Of a stretch of 64,000 nt of DNA, positions 1 to 8,906 are shown one piece after another (position 1 is the first letter of the stretch; each line of letters begins with the position of its first letter). The notes beneath the pieces were generated by a model that saw only the letters and a program-made list of their open reading frames with translations, searched no databases and was not told the origin of the DNA. The stretch spans positions 12,318-76,317 of the forward strand of contig JACOXD010000011.1 of assembly GCA_016176465.1 (NCBI GenBank). Direction: 5' to 3'. A program made the translations under genes and the position numbers. The DNA is from Candidatus Daviesbacteria bacterium. GTDB taxonomy: Bacteria > Patescibacteriota > Microgenomatia > Daviesbacterales > UBA10151.

Positions 1-137
1 CAGGTTGTGTTAACATTTCTACTCCTTATCAGCTCCCTCTTCATCCGATTGTCTTTCCAAAAGCTCCTGTTCGTCATCCTGGCTGCTACAAACCTCACAC
101 GGACATTTACCCGATTCGACCATTTCATCAACTGTGA

Positions 138-1580
138 TCATGCTTCTACCTCCTCTGTGTAGGAAAGTTCGGTTTGCGTTAGTTTAGAAGGTGACACTTG
201 TGACTCATGTGACTCTGCTTCTGATATACCGCTATCTTCTGAAGGGTCTGAATCTTTATTAGGTATATCTGTTTCAGTGTCAGAAGTGTCATTAGAGGTA
301 TCCAAACCATAATTGAGTTTGAGTTTCTCAATTAGATCCAGATCGTAGAAAATCCCTCGCTTACCAGCTGTCCTCTTCTTTACGAACCCTAACCCTCTTA
401 ATATTCTGCCGATGACATCTTCTGCTAGAGTAAATCGTTCTTCCTTACCAGTGTTAATTTTTTTAGTAACAGCCTCTATAGATAGGAATCCTTTTTCTAC
501 TTCGTAATTCAGGTCAATTACCATCTCTAAAACCTTGGCTTCTAGGGAATCAGTTGCATCTTCTTTTTTCCTCTCGGAAATAATGTTTAACAGTCGGGCA
601 AAAGAAGCTTCTTTTTCTGGGAAATAAGTGGTAACTATTTTATATAGTGAGCCAGCAATATCACCCAAACGCCCAGAAGCGGGTTTATCTACCTCTTTCA
701 GCTCATCCTGATAGTGTAAAATCCTAAAAGCAGTTAACCTGGCCTTTAGCTCCCATGCATCCTTAGGCGTTACTGGGTTATTGAATACCTTGCCTGTAGG
801 CTTCATATCAACTGAAATAGCTCTTGACTCTAAAATATCGTCAACAGGTCTATTTGTGGCAATTATGGTTGGACCAAATAAATTAAAGGTTTTGGTATCC
901 CTAAAGGCTCCTTTCTCAGGCCACAGGGTGCGTGATGAACTAGATCCTTCCTCGAACCGTGCCAAAATAAGATCATCACAATTAGCTCTTTGAAACTTCT
1001 TAGGTGCATCCTTAACATCAAAGCCTAAAGCAGCCTTATGGTCGTTACCCCAGCGGATAATATCAGCTTCCCGTACAGTCTCCGTCCATACTCCTCGGCG
1101 AGATACATAGATACATCCCTTACCGGTTCTACTTTTACCCCTCTCCTTAACTGCATAAAGATAAATAATGGGTGAAAAGTGCAGCTTATCCAATAGGTAG
1201 GTATGGAAATCCCACAAGGCTAAAAGGTCGTAATAGGCTTCATGGGGAAGATCTGATATATTCTTATGGTAAGTGAGCAACTCCTCATACAGATCTAAGC
1301 TGTGTCGTAGATTAGCCTTGTATTCAGCTAGATAATGGAAGACTTTGTCAGCATCGGCTATAAAGTAGGGTATTGAACTTTTAGGGGGTGGTGCAAAAAC
1401 CTTATCTTCAACCCTTATGGTGTCTACAAGATTCAGTCCTTCGGTTAGATAAACTAGTTTCTCTTCAACAACTAAGACATCAATGGTTCCTGGAGCATCT
1501 AGGGAGTATGTTACTCTGTCTTCTTTATTACTATCTTTTTTGGCTTTTAGCTTTTCATCAATCCCTTCAAAATTATCCAT
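138..1580 (-). CDS. Replication-associated protein (partner of Prim-Pol; primase C-terminal/helicase-like?), acidic Ser/Asp-rich tail
   Basis: 480 aa ORF overlapping the Prim-Pol stop by 8 bp (operon); no clear Walker A found; function inferred from context only. Confidence 0.3.
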   Translation of the reverse strand: MDNFEGIDEKLKAKKDSNKEDRVTYSLDAPGTIDVLVVEEKLVYLTEGLNLVDTIRVEDKVFAPPPKSSIPYFIADADKVFHYLAEYKANLRHSLDLYEELLTYHKNISDLPHEAYYDLLALWDFHTYLLDKLHFSPIIYLYAVKERGKSRTGKGCIYVSRRGVWTETVREADIIRWGNDHKAALGFDVKDAPKKFQRANCDDLILARFEEGSSSSRTLWPEKGAFRDTKTFNLFGPTIIATNRPVDDILESRAISVDMKPTGKVFNNPVTPKDAWELKARLTAFRILHYQDELKEVDKPASGRLGDIAGSLYKIVTTYFPEKEASFARLLNIISERKKEDATDSLEAKVLEMVIDLNYEVEKGFLSIEAVTKKINTGKEERFTLAEDVIGRILRGLGFVKKRTAGKRGIFYDLDLIEKLKLNYGLDTSNDTSDTETDIPNKDSDPSEDSGISEAESHESQVSPSKLTQTELSYTEEVEA

Positions 1581-2370
1581 TTTTTGTCCTTTCCCTAGTC
1601 AGAAAATTGACAGCACTTTCAAATTTCCGATTGACTTCTTTGGTTGCTAGTGGAGGCTGAAAGGTGGAATTTATAAAGAGCAGAAATTGATAGACTAGTT
1701 TTGATGGGATACCACGAGCCAATAAGCTACAAGCAGCTCTGTAGAGATTAATATCTCTAGCACCCTCTGTTTGCCCTAGAATTGACTTCCAATCCAAATT
1801 AGTTGAACTTTTGTTTGTACCCTGAAGATCAATTATCCATTGAGGCATTTCATGAAATTCATTAACAAATGGTGGAGTAATCCAAGTATATTGATTACCA
1901 GAGGCATGAATTGATGGTGGTAGAATTACGTAACCGCCATCGGATTTTAGATCAATTCCATCTTTTATCCCATTCTGGCTATGAACATTAGGATTATACT
2001 GGTAGAAATGGTGTGATCCACCCCCACCAGTTTGTGACTTAACTGTATCTGTTAGGTTATCAGTAGTACCAGCATGTCTTGGGTCAACATCAATTACACT
2101 AACACCGGATAGTTTTCCTGTAACAAGGCCAATATTTGCCCAGGGCCACTTTGACCACCAATCGTTTATCTCATCAATAGTTGGTAATTTCTTTTGGTAT
2201 TCAAACCAAGACTCAAGACAAGGTTTTTTATTGGACGGGTTAATAGGGATAACTGACCAACCTTTTGAAAGATATTTTAAAGCAGCCTCTAGATTAGTCA
2301 TTCTGTGCTTCCTCCGCTGCAACAAGTACGTATCCCTTTCCCTCACAGCCCTGACAAACTTTCGCTCCAT
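1573..2370 (-). CDS. Bifunctional DNA primase/polymerase (AEP-superfamily Prim-Pol) N-terminal domain protein
   Basis: Motifs KGWSVIP, GLVTG, VIDVDPRHAG (hhDhD), GGGSHHFY (sxH), IDLKSDGGYVILPPSIHASGNQYTW typical of pfam Prim-Pol. Confidence 0.75.
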   Translation of the reverse strand: MERKFVRAVRERDTYLLQRRKHRMTNLEAALKYLSKGWSVIPINPSNKKPCLESWFEYQKKLPTIDEINDWWSKWPWANIGLVTGKLSGVSVIDVDPRHAGTTDNLTDTVKSQTGGGGSHHFYQYNPNVHSQNGIKDGIDLKSDGGYVILPPSIHASGNQYTWITPPFVNEFHEMPQWIIDLQGTNKSSTNLDWKSILGQTEGARDINLYRAACSLLARGIPSKLVYQFLLFINSTFQPPLATKEVNRKFESAVNFLTRERTKNG

Positions 2371-2515
2371 ATTTCAAAGTTCCAAAACCACGACAAACCG
2401 GACACTCAATCGGTAAGTGCTTAGCTTTTACTTTAATTACTCTGATTTTTGTTTCTTTTTGAAAGTCGTCCATGCCATCCAAACCCAATCCTTTGAGATC
2501 ATAATGGCACATCAA
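2294..2515 (-). CDS. Small DnaJ-type zinc-finger protein (CxxCxGxG x2)
   Basis: 73 aa; CPVCRGFG ... CQGCEGKG repeats. Confidence 0.4.
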   Translation of the reverse strand: MMCHYDLKGLGLDGMDDFQKETKIRVIKVKAKHLPIECPVCRGFGTLKYGAKVCQGCEGKGYVLVAAEEAQND

Positions 2516-2603
2516 TTAAGGCTTCTCAAAAGGATTGTGTGAGAATTTTGATCCTGAAACAGACCAAAAAAGTTTTTATTAAAGCCGTATAAAGTAATGG
2601 GGC

Positions 2604-2993
2604 TTAAGTAGGTTTAAGATGATAAAACCACTTTCTACCTCGCCTGAACTTATCTATACCCATGTTCATATTTCTTAAGGGTTCATAAGATTTTATTGTC
2701 TTTCTGGTATCAGTTACCAAACGTCCTGGTGCCTTGCTATTTGTCTCTTCTGCAATCCCATTAATATCAAGGGAACCTTTTATAATAAGCGCTTCAAGTA
2801 GTTTTTGTTGTTTTTCTGGAAAATGAAAATTCTTTATGATAGTTTTGAACAAGCTGGTACGCTGTCTTCTGGCACTCTTTGGGTATTTTGGTTCATCAAT
2901 TTCTCTGATTTCATGACCCTCATCAGCCAAAAAAAGCCGCATTGCTGCTTGGGCAATAGGGGGCATTGATAGTTTTTTCTTCCTTCCATCCAT
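2604..2993 (-). CDS. Hypothetical protein (mobile-element accessory); starts with MDGRKK shared 19-nt start sequence
   Basis: 129 aa ORF; first 19 nt identical to start of ORF at 5262. Confidence 0.35.
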   Translation of the reverse strand: MDGRKKKLSMPPIAQAAMRLFLADEGHEIREIDEPKYPKSARRQRTSLFKTIIKNFHFPEKQQKLLEALIIKGSLDINGIAEETNSKAPGRLVTDTRKTIKSYEPLRNMNMGIDKFRRGRKWFYHLKPT

Positions 2994-3217
2994 CCTTCAA
3001 TAATTCCTTATATTGCGTGCATGGATTAACAGATTTTTCCAAGCTCACTACGCAGGGTAATTATACCTTAAAAAGTAGTATAATTGAATCTGAGCAGGCG
3101 TGGAGATAATTTTACCCCTAAGGATATTAAATTTTAACTATTTTTCACTTATTCTGGAAGCTAATGTAAGATTGTAGTGGGGGTATACATTTTTGATATG
3201 TGCTGTTAACCAGCTTC

Positions 3218-4081
3218 CTAAGGCTGAGCCATAATTTGTATCTTTTCCCGTTCCAATGCACTTTTTTCAGCTTGCAGCAAGTCAATTCTGTATCTCATGT
3301 CAGCTATAGTGTTGTTAATCATTTGTGTACAGATGTAATTATCACACCCTTGATCAAATTGTTGAACTTGGGCCTGTATATTGTTCTGCCAAAAAGCAAT
3401 GTCCTTATTGATCTTATTAATTTTTCCATCAATCATTTTTAGAGCTTGTTCTTTTCCTGTATTGGGGCTGGGAGTTGGTGAGGGGGTGGGTGTTGGAGTA
3501 CTTGTGGGCTTTGGGGTAGGAGAGCTTGTTTTAGGAACTTGAACGGGTTTAGGTGTAGGAGATACGTCCTTCAAAATTATATCTGATGAATCAAGTTTCC
3601 ATTTTCCGTCTTCTAATACCAGCTTCCAGATTCCTTCAAAAGTTTTGGTTTGAACTTGTCCCTTTAAATCATCTTTAGCTTCTATCTGAACATAAACTAT
3701 CTTGTTTGATAAATCCTGGACATAGACATCTTTAGTTACTACATTTAATGTGTTTTTGTAACCACTGACAAAATTATCATAATTCTGGGCATAATTTTGA
3801 AAATTTTTACTTAATAGATTCCAGGCAGAATCAAATTCTTTGGAAGATATTGCGGCATAGAAATCTTTTACAGGTATTAATAGATCAGATTCAACCATGG
3901 GAACAGGAGTTGGAGAAGGTTCTTGTTGCTCGGTTAGATTTTTTATCTGTAACAATCCACCTTCTCCGCTTAGGTTTAATTTAACTAAACCTGTTTCCCT
4001 AACCACCGCTACTGTAAATAATCCTACTACAGCCCAGATTATAATTGGAATTACCACAAATCCTTTTTGAGAGTTTGTCAT
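3218..4081 (-). CDS. Membrane-anchored protein with Pro/Thr-rich linker and C-terminal coiled coil
   Basis: N-terminal TM helix, PTPKPTSTPTPTPSPTPSP linker, Q-rich coiled-coil tail. Confidence 0.45.
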   Translation of the reverse strand: MTNSQKGFVVIPIIIWAVVGLFTVAVVRETGLVKLNLSGEGGLLQIKNLTEQQEPSPTPVPMVESDLLIPVKDFYAAISSKEFDSAWNLLSKNFQNYAQNYDNFVSGYKNTLNVVTKDVYVQDLSNKIVYVQIEAKDDLKGQVQTKTFEGIWKLVLEDGKWKLDSSDIILKDVSPTPKPVQVPKTSSPTPKPTSTPTPTPSPTPSPNTGKEQALKMIDGKINKINKDIAFWQNNIQAQVQQFDQGCDNYICTQMINNTIADMRYRIDLLQAEKSALEREKIQIMAQP

Positions 4082-4126
4082 ATTATTTACTCCTACTTTA
4101 TGTTAACACACCCAAAACCACTACAT

Positions 4127-4309
4127 TCACGGCTGCCACCAAGGTTTTTGACATTCTTCCCAAGCATCAAAACTCGTAATTTTACCCGCCATACGATCAG
4201 CAAATTCCTTTTGGCAATGATTATAGTACACATCACTTCTCCAGAAGTAAAAAAATAGAAGCCCAAACCCTATTAAGGCAACAATTAATACTTTTTGAAA
4301 GGTTGTCAT
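4127..4309 (-). CDS. Small single-pass membrane peptide, MTTFQK family (2 Cys in tail)
   Basis: 60 aa; MTTFQKVLIVALIGFGLLFFYFW... paralogous to 4333-4505 and 4972-5235. Confidence 0.4.
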   Translation of the reverse strand: MTTFQKVLIVALIGFGLLFFYFWRSDVYYNHCQKEFADRMAGKITSFDAWEECQKPWWQP

Positions 4310-4332
4310 TGTTTAATATATATGTTTATTTT

Positions 4333-4505
4333 TTATCAGGAATGAATCCAAAACCTTGCTTCGAATATTGATCGCAAATAGTAAAACGTTGTGGCGTTTC
4401 TGCTGTAGCACAAGCATAAAATTCAAAACCTGTTTTAAAAAAATATAAAAAGAGGGCTCCAAAAACTATTAAAATTGAAATAAGCCATTTTTGAAAAGTT
4501 GTCAT
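4333..4505 (-). CDS. Small single-pass membrane peptide, MTTFQK family paralog (57 aa, not in ORF track)
   Basis: Manual translation of minus strand: MTTFQKWLISILIVFGALFLYFFKTGFEFYACATAETPQRFTICDQYSKQGFGFIPDKK. Confidence 0.35.
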
Positions 4506-4952
4506 TTATCCTTTTCTATCTTTCTTCCTAATATGATCAATAAATATACTAACTATGGCATACAAAAAACCCAGAGCCAAAAAAGCACCCATTAATATTA
4601 GCAGAGATCCTGAGATAGCTCCTCCTATTTTTACTAAAATAGGATTACCCATATACCAACCTAGAAACATGAAAAGTGCGATAATAGATAATATAACAAT
4701 GCCAGTACGCCACACGTTACCTACAACCCACCAAAGTGTCACTTTCAGTCCGTCTTGCTCAATTCTTTTATCAACTTTCTTCCATAGTTTTTGAACAAGT
4801 AGAACTCCAAAGAAAAATAAAAGGACCTTGAAAGTATTCGTGTAGGTTTCTTCTGCAATAAAAGATATAAAAATGATCAAACCCAAGAGGGTAATTATGA
4901 CTGTATTATTTGATTCATCGTTATTGCTGTAATCTCCAATTTTATGTATCAT
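4506..4952 (-). CDS. Multi-pass membrane protein (4 TM), hypothetical
   Basis: 148 aa hydrophobic ORF. Confidence 0.4.
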   Translation of the reverse strand: MIHKIGDYSNNDESNNTVIITLLGLIIFISFIAEETYTNTFKVLLFFFGVLLVQKLWKKVDKRIEQDGLKVTLWWVVGNVWRTGIVILSIIALFMFLGWYMGNPILVKIGGAISGSLLILMGAFLALGFLYAIVSIFIDHIRKKDRKG

Positions 4953-4971
4953 TATTTTCCCTCTAAAAGAT

Positions 4972-5262
4972 TTAGGTTAACCAGAAAAAAATCAAAATTA
5001 CCAGGAAGAAAATAATATAGATTAATGTTATTTTCTTATAAAATTTCTGTTCAGATTTTTGCTCTATAACTAAATCCCATAGACTTAAACCTGTATGAAT
5101 TCCAGTTTTTAAGTTGAATGTAGAAATAGTAACTAGAATTGCCAAAAAAAACATCACTGGCGCAACAGCTGCTATAACTAAAATTTGAATAGGAAAAAAA
5201 AGAATTGCAACAAGCAATTTTTGAAAAGCTGTCATACTATTTGTTTTCTTCCTTCCATCCAT
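4972..5262 (-). CDS. Small membrane protein, MTAFQK family paralog with MDGRKK N-extension
   Basis: ORF track 4972-5301; likely start at 5262 (ATGGATGGAAGGAAG) or 5235 (MTAFQK). Confidence 0.35.
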   Translation of the reverse strand: MDGRKKTNSMTAFQKLLVAILFFPIQILVIAAVAPVMFFLAILVTISTFNLKTGIHTGLSLWDLVIEQKSEQKFYKKITLIYIIFFLVILIFFWLT

Positions 5263-5449
5263 ACCAGTATGAAAGTAGGAAAATTCCAATGATAACCACA
5301 ATTACTACTACCTGTTGTGAGTCTCCTCTTTCAAGAACTGGGGAAAGAAGCTGAAGCCCAAGAATTAAAGTTATTACAAAAAGAACTGCATAGGCATATT
5401 TTCTAAATCTCTTTGGAAACAGCAATAAAAGCCAAAGAATAGGATTCAT
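5237..5449 (-). CDS. Small 2-TM membrane protein, hypothetical
   Basis: 70 aa hydrophobic ORF. Confidence 0.3.
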   Translation of the reverse strand: MNPILWLLLLFPKRFRKYAYAVLFVITLILGLQLLSPVLERGDSQQVVVIVVIIGIFLLSYWYGWKEENK

Positions 5450-5531
5450 GTTCGTTTAACCTCAATTCATGCGTAAAACTGGAATATATTTCCTGTTCAT
5501 ATTCTGGCATATATTCCAGAATTTAGTCAAT

Positions 5532-5741
5532 ATGACCAAATATAAAAAACTTGGAGAGAAAGTTAAGAAATTGAGGAAAGCTCGAGATTGGACGCAAGAA
5601 AAATTGGCAGAAGCTGCAAATGTTGACCCAAAGACAATTATAGAGTTAGAAGCTGGTAAAAGAGCAAACCCTACCCTCCAAACTCTTAATAAACTTGCAA
5701 GAGCCTTAAAAACTTCTCTTGAAGAGTTACTCTCTACCTAA
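5532..5741 (+). CDS. XRE-family helix-turn-helix transcriptional regulator
   Basis: LGEKVKKLRKARDWTQEKLAEAANVDPKTIIELEAGKRANPTLQTLNKLARAL; start moved to internal ATG 5532. Confidence 0.7.
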   Translation: MTKYKKLGEKVKKLRKARDWTQEKLAEAANVDPKTIIELEAGKRANPTLQTLNKLARALKTSLEELLST

Positions 5742-5976
5742 AAATCCTGAGATGGTACCAATTTGAAGAAATTTATCCAGCTGGGGTTTTAAGGACCCTT
5801 AGAATAAGGACAGGGGACGTGAGAACCTATATATATTTTCCCACAGTTCCTATCTATGCTGTAAGCACAAAGTCACACACCACCTTCTGTATCAGAGAAA
5901 CCCCTTTTCTTTCTACTTCCTGTAATGTTAGTTATCGGAACAAAAATTGTCTGTCCTCCTATCTTAGCCTCAGCGT

Positions 5977-6699
5977 TCAGTTAATGGTCGTATACTGAAC
6001 ACCTGTGGGCAAATAATCCTTATAAAATGGGTTGTCCAAGATATATTTTATGCTTGATTTACCCATTCCAAACTTATCCCCAATAGCTTGCAAGGTTAGC
6101 TTCTCTTTTATTCTGAAGTTAAAGATTGCTTTTACCTTTTCAAACTCATTCTTATCAATGACCAAATCACTCTTTTGTGCCATATTACGCTTCTTTAACT
6201 TAAAGCCAAGCGGTAACATATCAGGTGATCCAAGTCTTCTACCCTGCCTTGTAAGTTCCTGTAGTGCATCAATTGTACGTTCTGCTATCAGATCCCGCTC
6301 CATCTGTGCCATAGCTCCCATGACTGTAAGAAAAAACTTACCAGAAGCAGAACTTGTATCTATATTCTCGTTTAGACTTATAAATTGAATATCATTTTTT
6401 GCAAAAACATCTTCAATAAGATAGAGGAGGTCCCGAGTTTTACGGGTTAATCGGTCTAATTTGTAGCAAATAACACCATCTATTTTCTTTTCCTTGACTA
6501 AATTTATGATTTTTTGAAGTCCTGGTCTATTCATGGTCTTACCAGATTTACCCTCCTCAATAATCATTTCCACTAAATCCATGTCCTTTAAATCCGCATA
6601 AGCCATAATTTTATGCTCCTGATTATCTAAGCTAACACCATCACGGCTCTGCTCAAGAGTTGATACCCTGGTATATCCAATTACTCTAAGCTTTTTCAT
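5977..6699 (-). CDS. Serine recombinase (resolvase/invertase type, N-terminal catalytic domain)
   Basis: VIGYTRVSTLEQ ... DGVICYKLDRLTR ... catalytic-Ser resolvase motifs. Confidence 0.85.
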   Translation of the reverse strand: MKKLRVIGYTRVSTLEQSRDGVSLDNQEHKIMAYADLKDMDLVEMIIEEGKSGKTMNRPGLQKIINLVKEKKIDGVICYKLDRLTRKTRDLLYLIEDVFAKNDIQFISLNENIDTSSASGKFFLTVMGAMAQMERDLIAERTIDALQELTRQGRRLGSPDMLPLGFKLKKRNMAQKSDLVIDKNEFEKVKAIFNFRIKEKLTLQAIGDKFGMGKSSIKYILDNPFYKDYLPTGVQYTTIN

Positions 6700-7241
6700 T
6701 TTTCTTCCTCATCAACAATTTTTATCCTTCTGTATCCCTTAATTGGTTTGCCATATGCGTAATGCGTTGGTGAACCTAAGATAGATTGCGGACGTCCTTT
6801 GTATTCTGGTTGATCTAATTTCTTAGTGAAATGTTTAACATCCGCTGTGAGTTTTCTGATGTCCTCGTTACAGGTATATAGATTTATTGCTTGGTGTAAG
6901 AAAACCGCCATAGAACCGCCAGGTTGGGCAGTTAATACTGGAGATAGCTTTTCAATAGCCTCATTAAACTGTTGTACTAATTTCGATCTTTCTTCTGATT
7001 TATCCGGTAAAGGAAGTCCAGCATATACTAATAACTCGGTACCATTTATCCTGTACCATTTACCTCCAAATTTATTAGCCTGTAACCTTCCTGATTTGAT
7101 AGCTCGATGAATAGTGGCTACTGAAACATGAAGCAATTCAGCTGCTTCCTCTGCTGTATAGGTCGTGAAATGTAATATTGGATCGCTCATAATGTTTAAG
7201 TCTACATCAACGATGATGTATTTGTCAATATTAAGATTCAT
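6696..7241 (-). CDS. Excisionase-family HTH DNA-binding protein (Xis/MerR-like) with C-terminal extension
   Basis: TAEEAAELLHVSVATIHRAIKSGRLQANKFGGKWYRING; 4-bp overlap with recombinase start. Confidence 0.55.
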   Translation of the reverse strand: MNLNIDKYIIVDVDLNIMSDPILHFTTYTAEEAAELLHVSVATIHRAIKSGRLQANKFGGKWYRINGTELLVYAGLPLPDKSEERSKLVQQFNEAIEKLSPVLTAQPGGSMAVFLHQAINLYTCNEDIRKLTADVKHFTKKLDQPEYKGRPQSILGSPTHYAYGKPIKGYRRIKIVDEEEK

Positions 7242-7286
7242 AATTAGATCATTTGCATGTGCTCTTGATAATCTTGAAAGGGGTAA

Positions 7287-7832
7287 CTAGTCTAATGAAA
7301 GGTTAATGGTCTTAACTTTCTCGATAGCCACCTTAAAGGCAGTGATACCATCGACTAAATCGGCATAGGCTCTATGTAATTGCCTAAAAGATACATACTT
7401 ACCAAGGCTATTCCAAGAAGGATGTGCAAAATCATTCCTTATATCATTTACTCTTGTCATTAATCTAAATAAGTCAACATCGAATTCGTATGTTTCATTA
7501 AGCTTTCTAAAAACCTCTAAGCGGCGAGCAAAACCTAATCTTTCTATAAAATTATCATAAAGAAACCTTGCTCTAGCTAATTGCGGTCCAGTTAGAGGTT
7601 TATCCCGAATTAAAATCCCTTTTGGATAAAAGTAATGTAGGATTGTAGTCGTCATCCCATCATCCATTTCAGCGTGAACAAAAATGGCCCAGTGCCTCAG
7701 CTCTTTTAAATCTTCTTTGGTTATATCTCCAAATGGTGGAGTCCTTCGATCAAAAACAGTTTCTAATCCCTCTAATATTTGTTTAAGAGTTGTAATCTGT
7801 TGCTTGTAGTTATTCACCCAGAAATTATACAA
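7287..7832 (-). CDS. Hypothetical protein
   Basis: 181 aa ORF, no recognised motif. Confidence 0.3.
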   Translation of the reverse strand: MYNFWVNNYKQQITTLKQILEGLETVFDRRTPPFGDITKEDLKELRHWAIFVHAEMDDGMTTTILHYFYPKGILIRDKPLTGPQLARARFLYDNFIERLGFARRLEVFRKLNETYEFDVDLFRLMTRVNDIRNDFAHPSWNSLGKYVSFRQLHRAYADLVDGITAFKVAIEKVKTINLSLD

Positions 7833-8089
7833 TAGAAGAACATATACTACCGTATGAACTCAAAGAGATCTGTAAATTTGTAGTTCCTGAAATGACAGGT
7901 TTGGTATTAGGGCCAGACTAACGTCTACCAGGTGGACACCAGAGCCCTAATTAAACCGCAAAAGTAGCTATTTTTAAATGATTCTTAAGTTGAGATAATT
8001 GAGCAAATAGTAATTGTGTTTCACTTGAGTTACTATCTAACAGTTGCGTTATAGGTTCGAGTACAGAACCGACTCCCGCTCCAAGATGG

Positions 8090-8860
8090 AACACCTTCGA
8101 GGTGGTCTAGGCAGGCACCTCTTCTCTATTCTAAAACCAAGTGCTTGATCTTATCTAATTCTCTAGCATAGCTTACTTGATCCAAAACAAATTTTTTATA
8201 TTCATTTATAGATTTAAAAAAACCTAAAACCTCCTCAGAGCTTGTAATCTTCTCTGCTTTTGGTACCAAATACTCAAAGTAAGAAGACCATTGGTAGTTT
8301 TCCAAATCCTCCGTCTTAATTAAGTAGGAAGTTACTGGGTTTAGATGAATATATCTTGATAGATGAATAAACTGTTCATCAGAATCAACAAACACTGCCT
8401 TGAATAACCCCTGAAGAAGTGGACCCACTCTTTTATTTTTGGTGTTAAAGTATTTGGTATAAGAGTTAGAAAAGTTAGATATAAATTTAGATATACCATT
8501 TTCTTTCTTCTGCTTTAGTAGGAAGTGAAAATGGTTGGGCATTAAACAAAAAGCAATAATTTCTACTAATACATTCTCATCATCTAAGTTTTTCCATAAT
8601 TCATCTTTTTTGTCATTTGCGAGATCTAAAAACTTGGAAAATTTCAAAGGCAGACTTCCGTAGCGGTAAAACTTTAAAGTTTCTAAAGCTCTTGAATATT
8701 CCCTGCTTTTGGTAAAAATTGGACGCTTCTCTACACCTCGATTAAAAACATGATAGATGATCTGCTCATTTGCAAAAACAAACTTTCTATTTGTGGGCAT
8801 CTATTTAAAGTATGGACTAAAAAAGGACAGGTGTCAACCCAGACCACCTTTCAGGTGGTT
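8090..8860 (-). mobile_element. IS200/IS605-like element (HUH Y1 transposase flanked by CACCT-N3-AGGTG hairpins; TTGACA in left end)
   Basis: Hairpins at 8092-8104 (caccttcgaggtg) and 8844-8858 (ccacctttcaggtgg) flank tnpA-like ORF; same motif flanks second copy at 42.5 kb. Confidence 0.6.
8126..8800 (-). CDS. tnpA: IS200-like / REP-associated tyrosine (HUH, Y1) transposase
   Basis: HuH motif LMPNHFHFLL and catalytic Tyr in SRYIHLNPV; ~70% identical paralog at 42589-43233. Confidence 0.75.
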   Translation of the reverse strand: MPTNRKFVFANEQIIYHVFNRGVEKRPIFTKSREYSRALETLKFYRYGSLPLKFSKFLDLANDKKDELWKNLDDENVLVEIIAFCLMPNHFHFLLKQKKENGISKFISNFSNSYTKYFNTKNKRVGPLLQGLFKAVFVDSDEQFIHLSRYIHLNPVTSYLIKTEDLENYQWSSYFEYLVPKAEKITSSEEVLGFFKSINEYKKFVLDQVSYARELDKIKHLVLE

Positions 8861-8906
8861 CTTTGCTCTTTGCTATGTGATTATCGAGGTCTGCTAAGCT
8901 CTTAAT

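Larger units (their letters stand above)
1..7850. mobile_element. Integrated plasmid/phage-like element (Prim-Pol replication module, serine recombinase, excisionase-family HTH, XRE regulator, small membrane peptides); left boundary outside window, right boundary approximate
   Basis: Co-oriented minus-strand gene block with replication and recombination genes typical of mobile DNA; translational overlaps at 1573-1580 and 6696-6699; abuts an IS200-like element at ~8090. Confidence 0.5.

Noticed and set aside
8051-8090. Possible tRNA 3' fragment (ggttcgagtacagaacc...cgctcca) as an att site next to the mobile module
   Set aside because: The hairpin has a non-canonical 7-nt loop (gagtaca) and no acceptor/anticodon arms can be built; it was treated as chance tRNA-like sequence.
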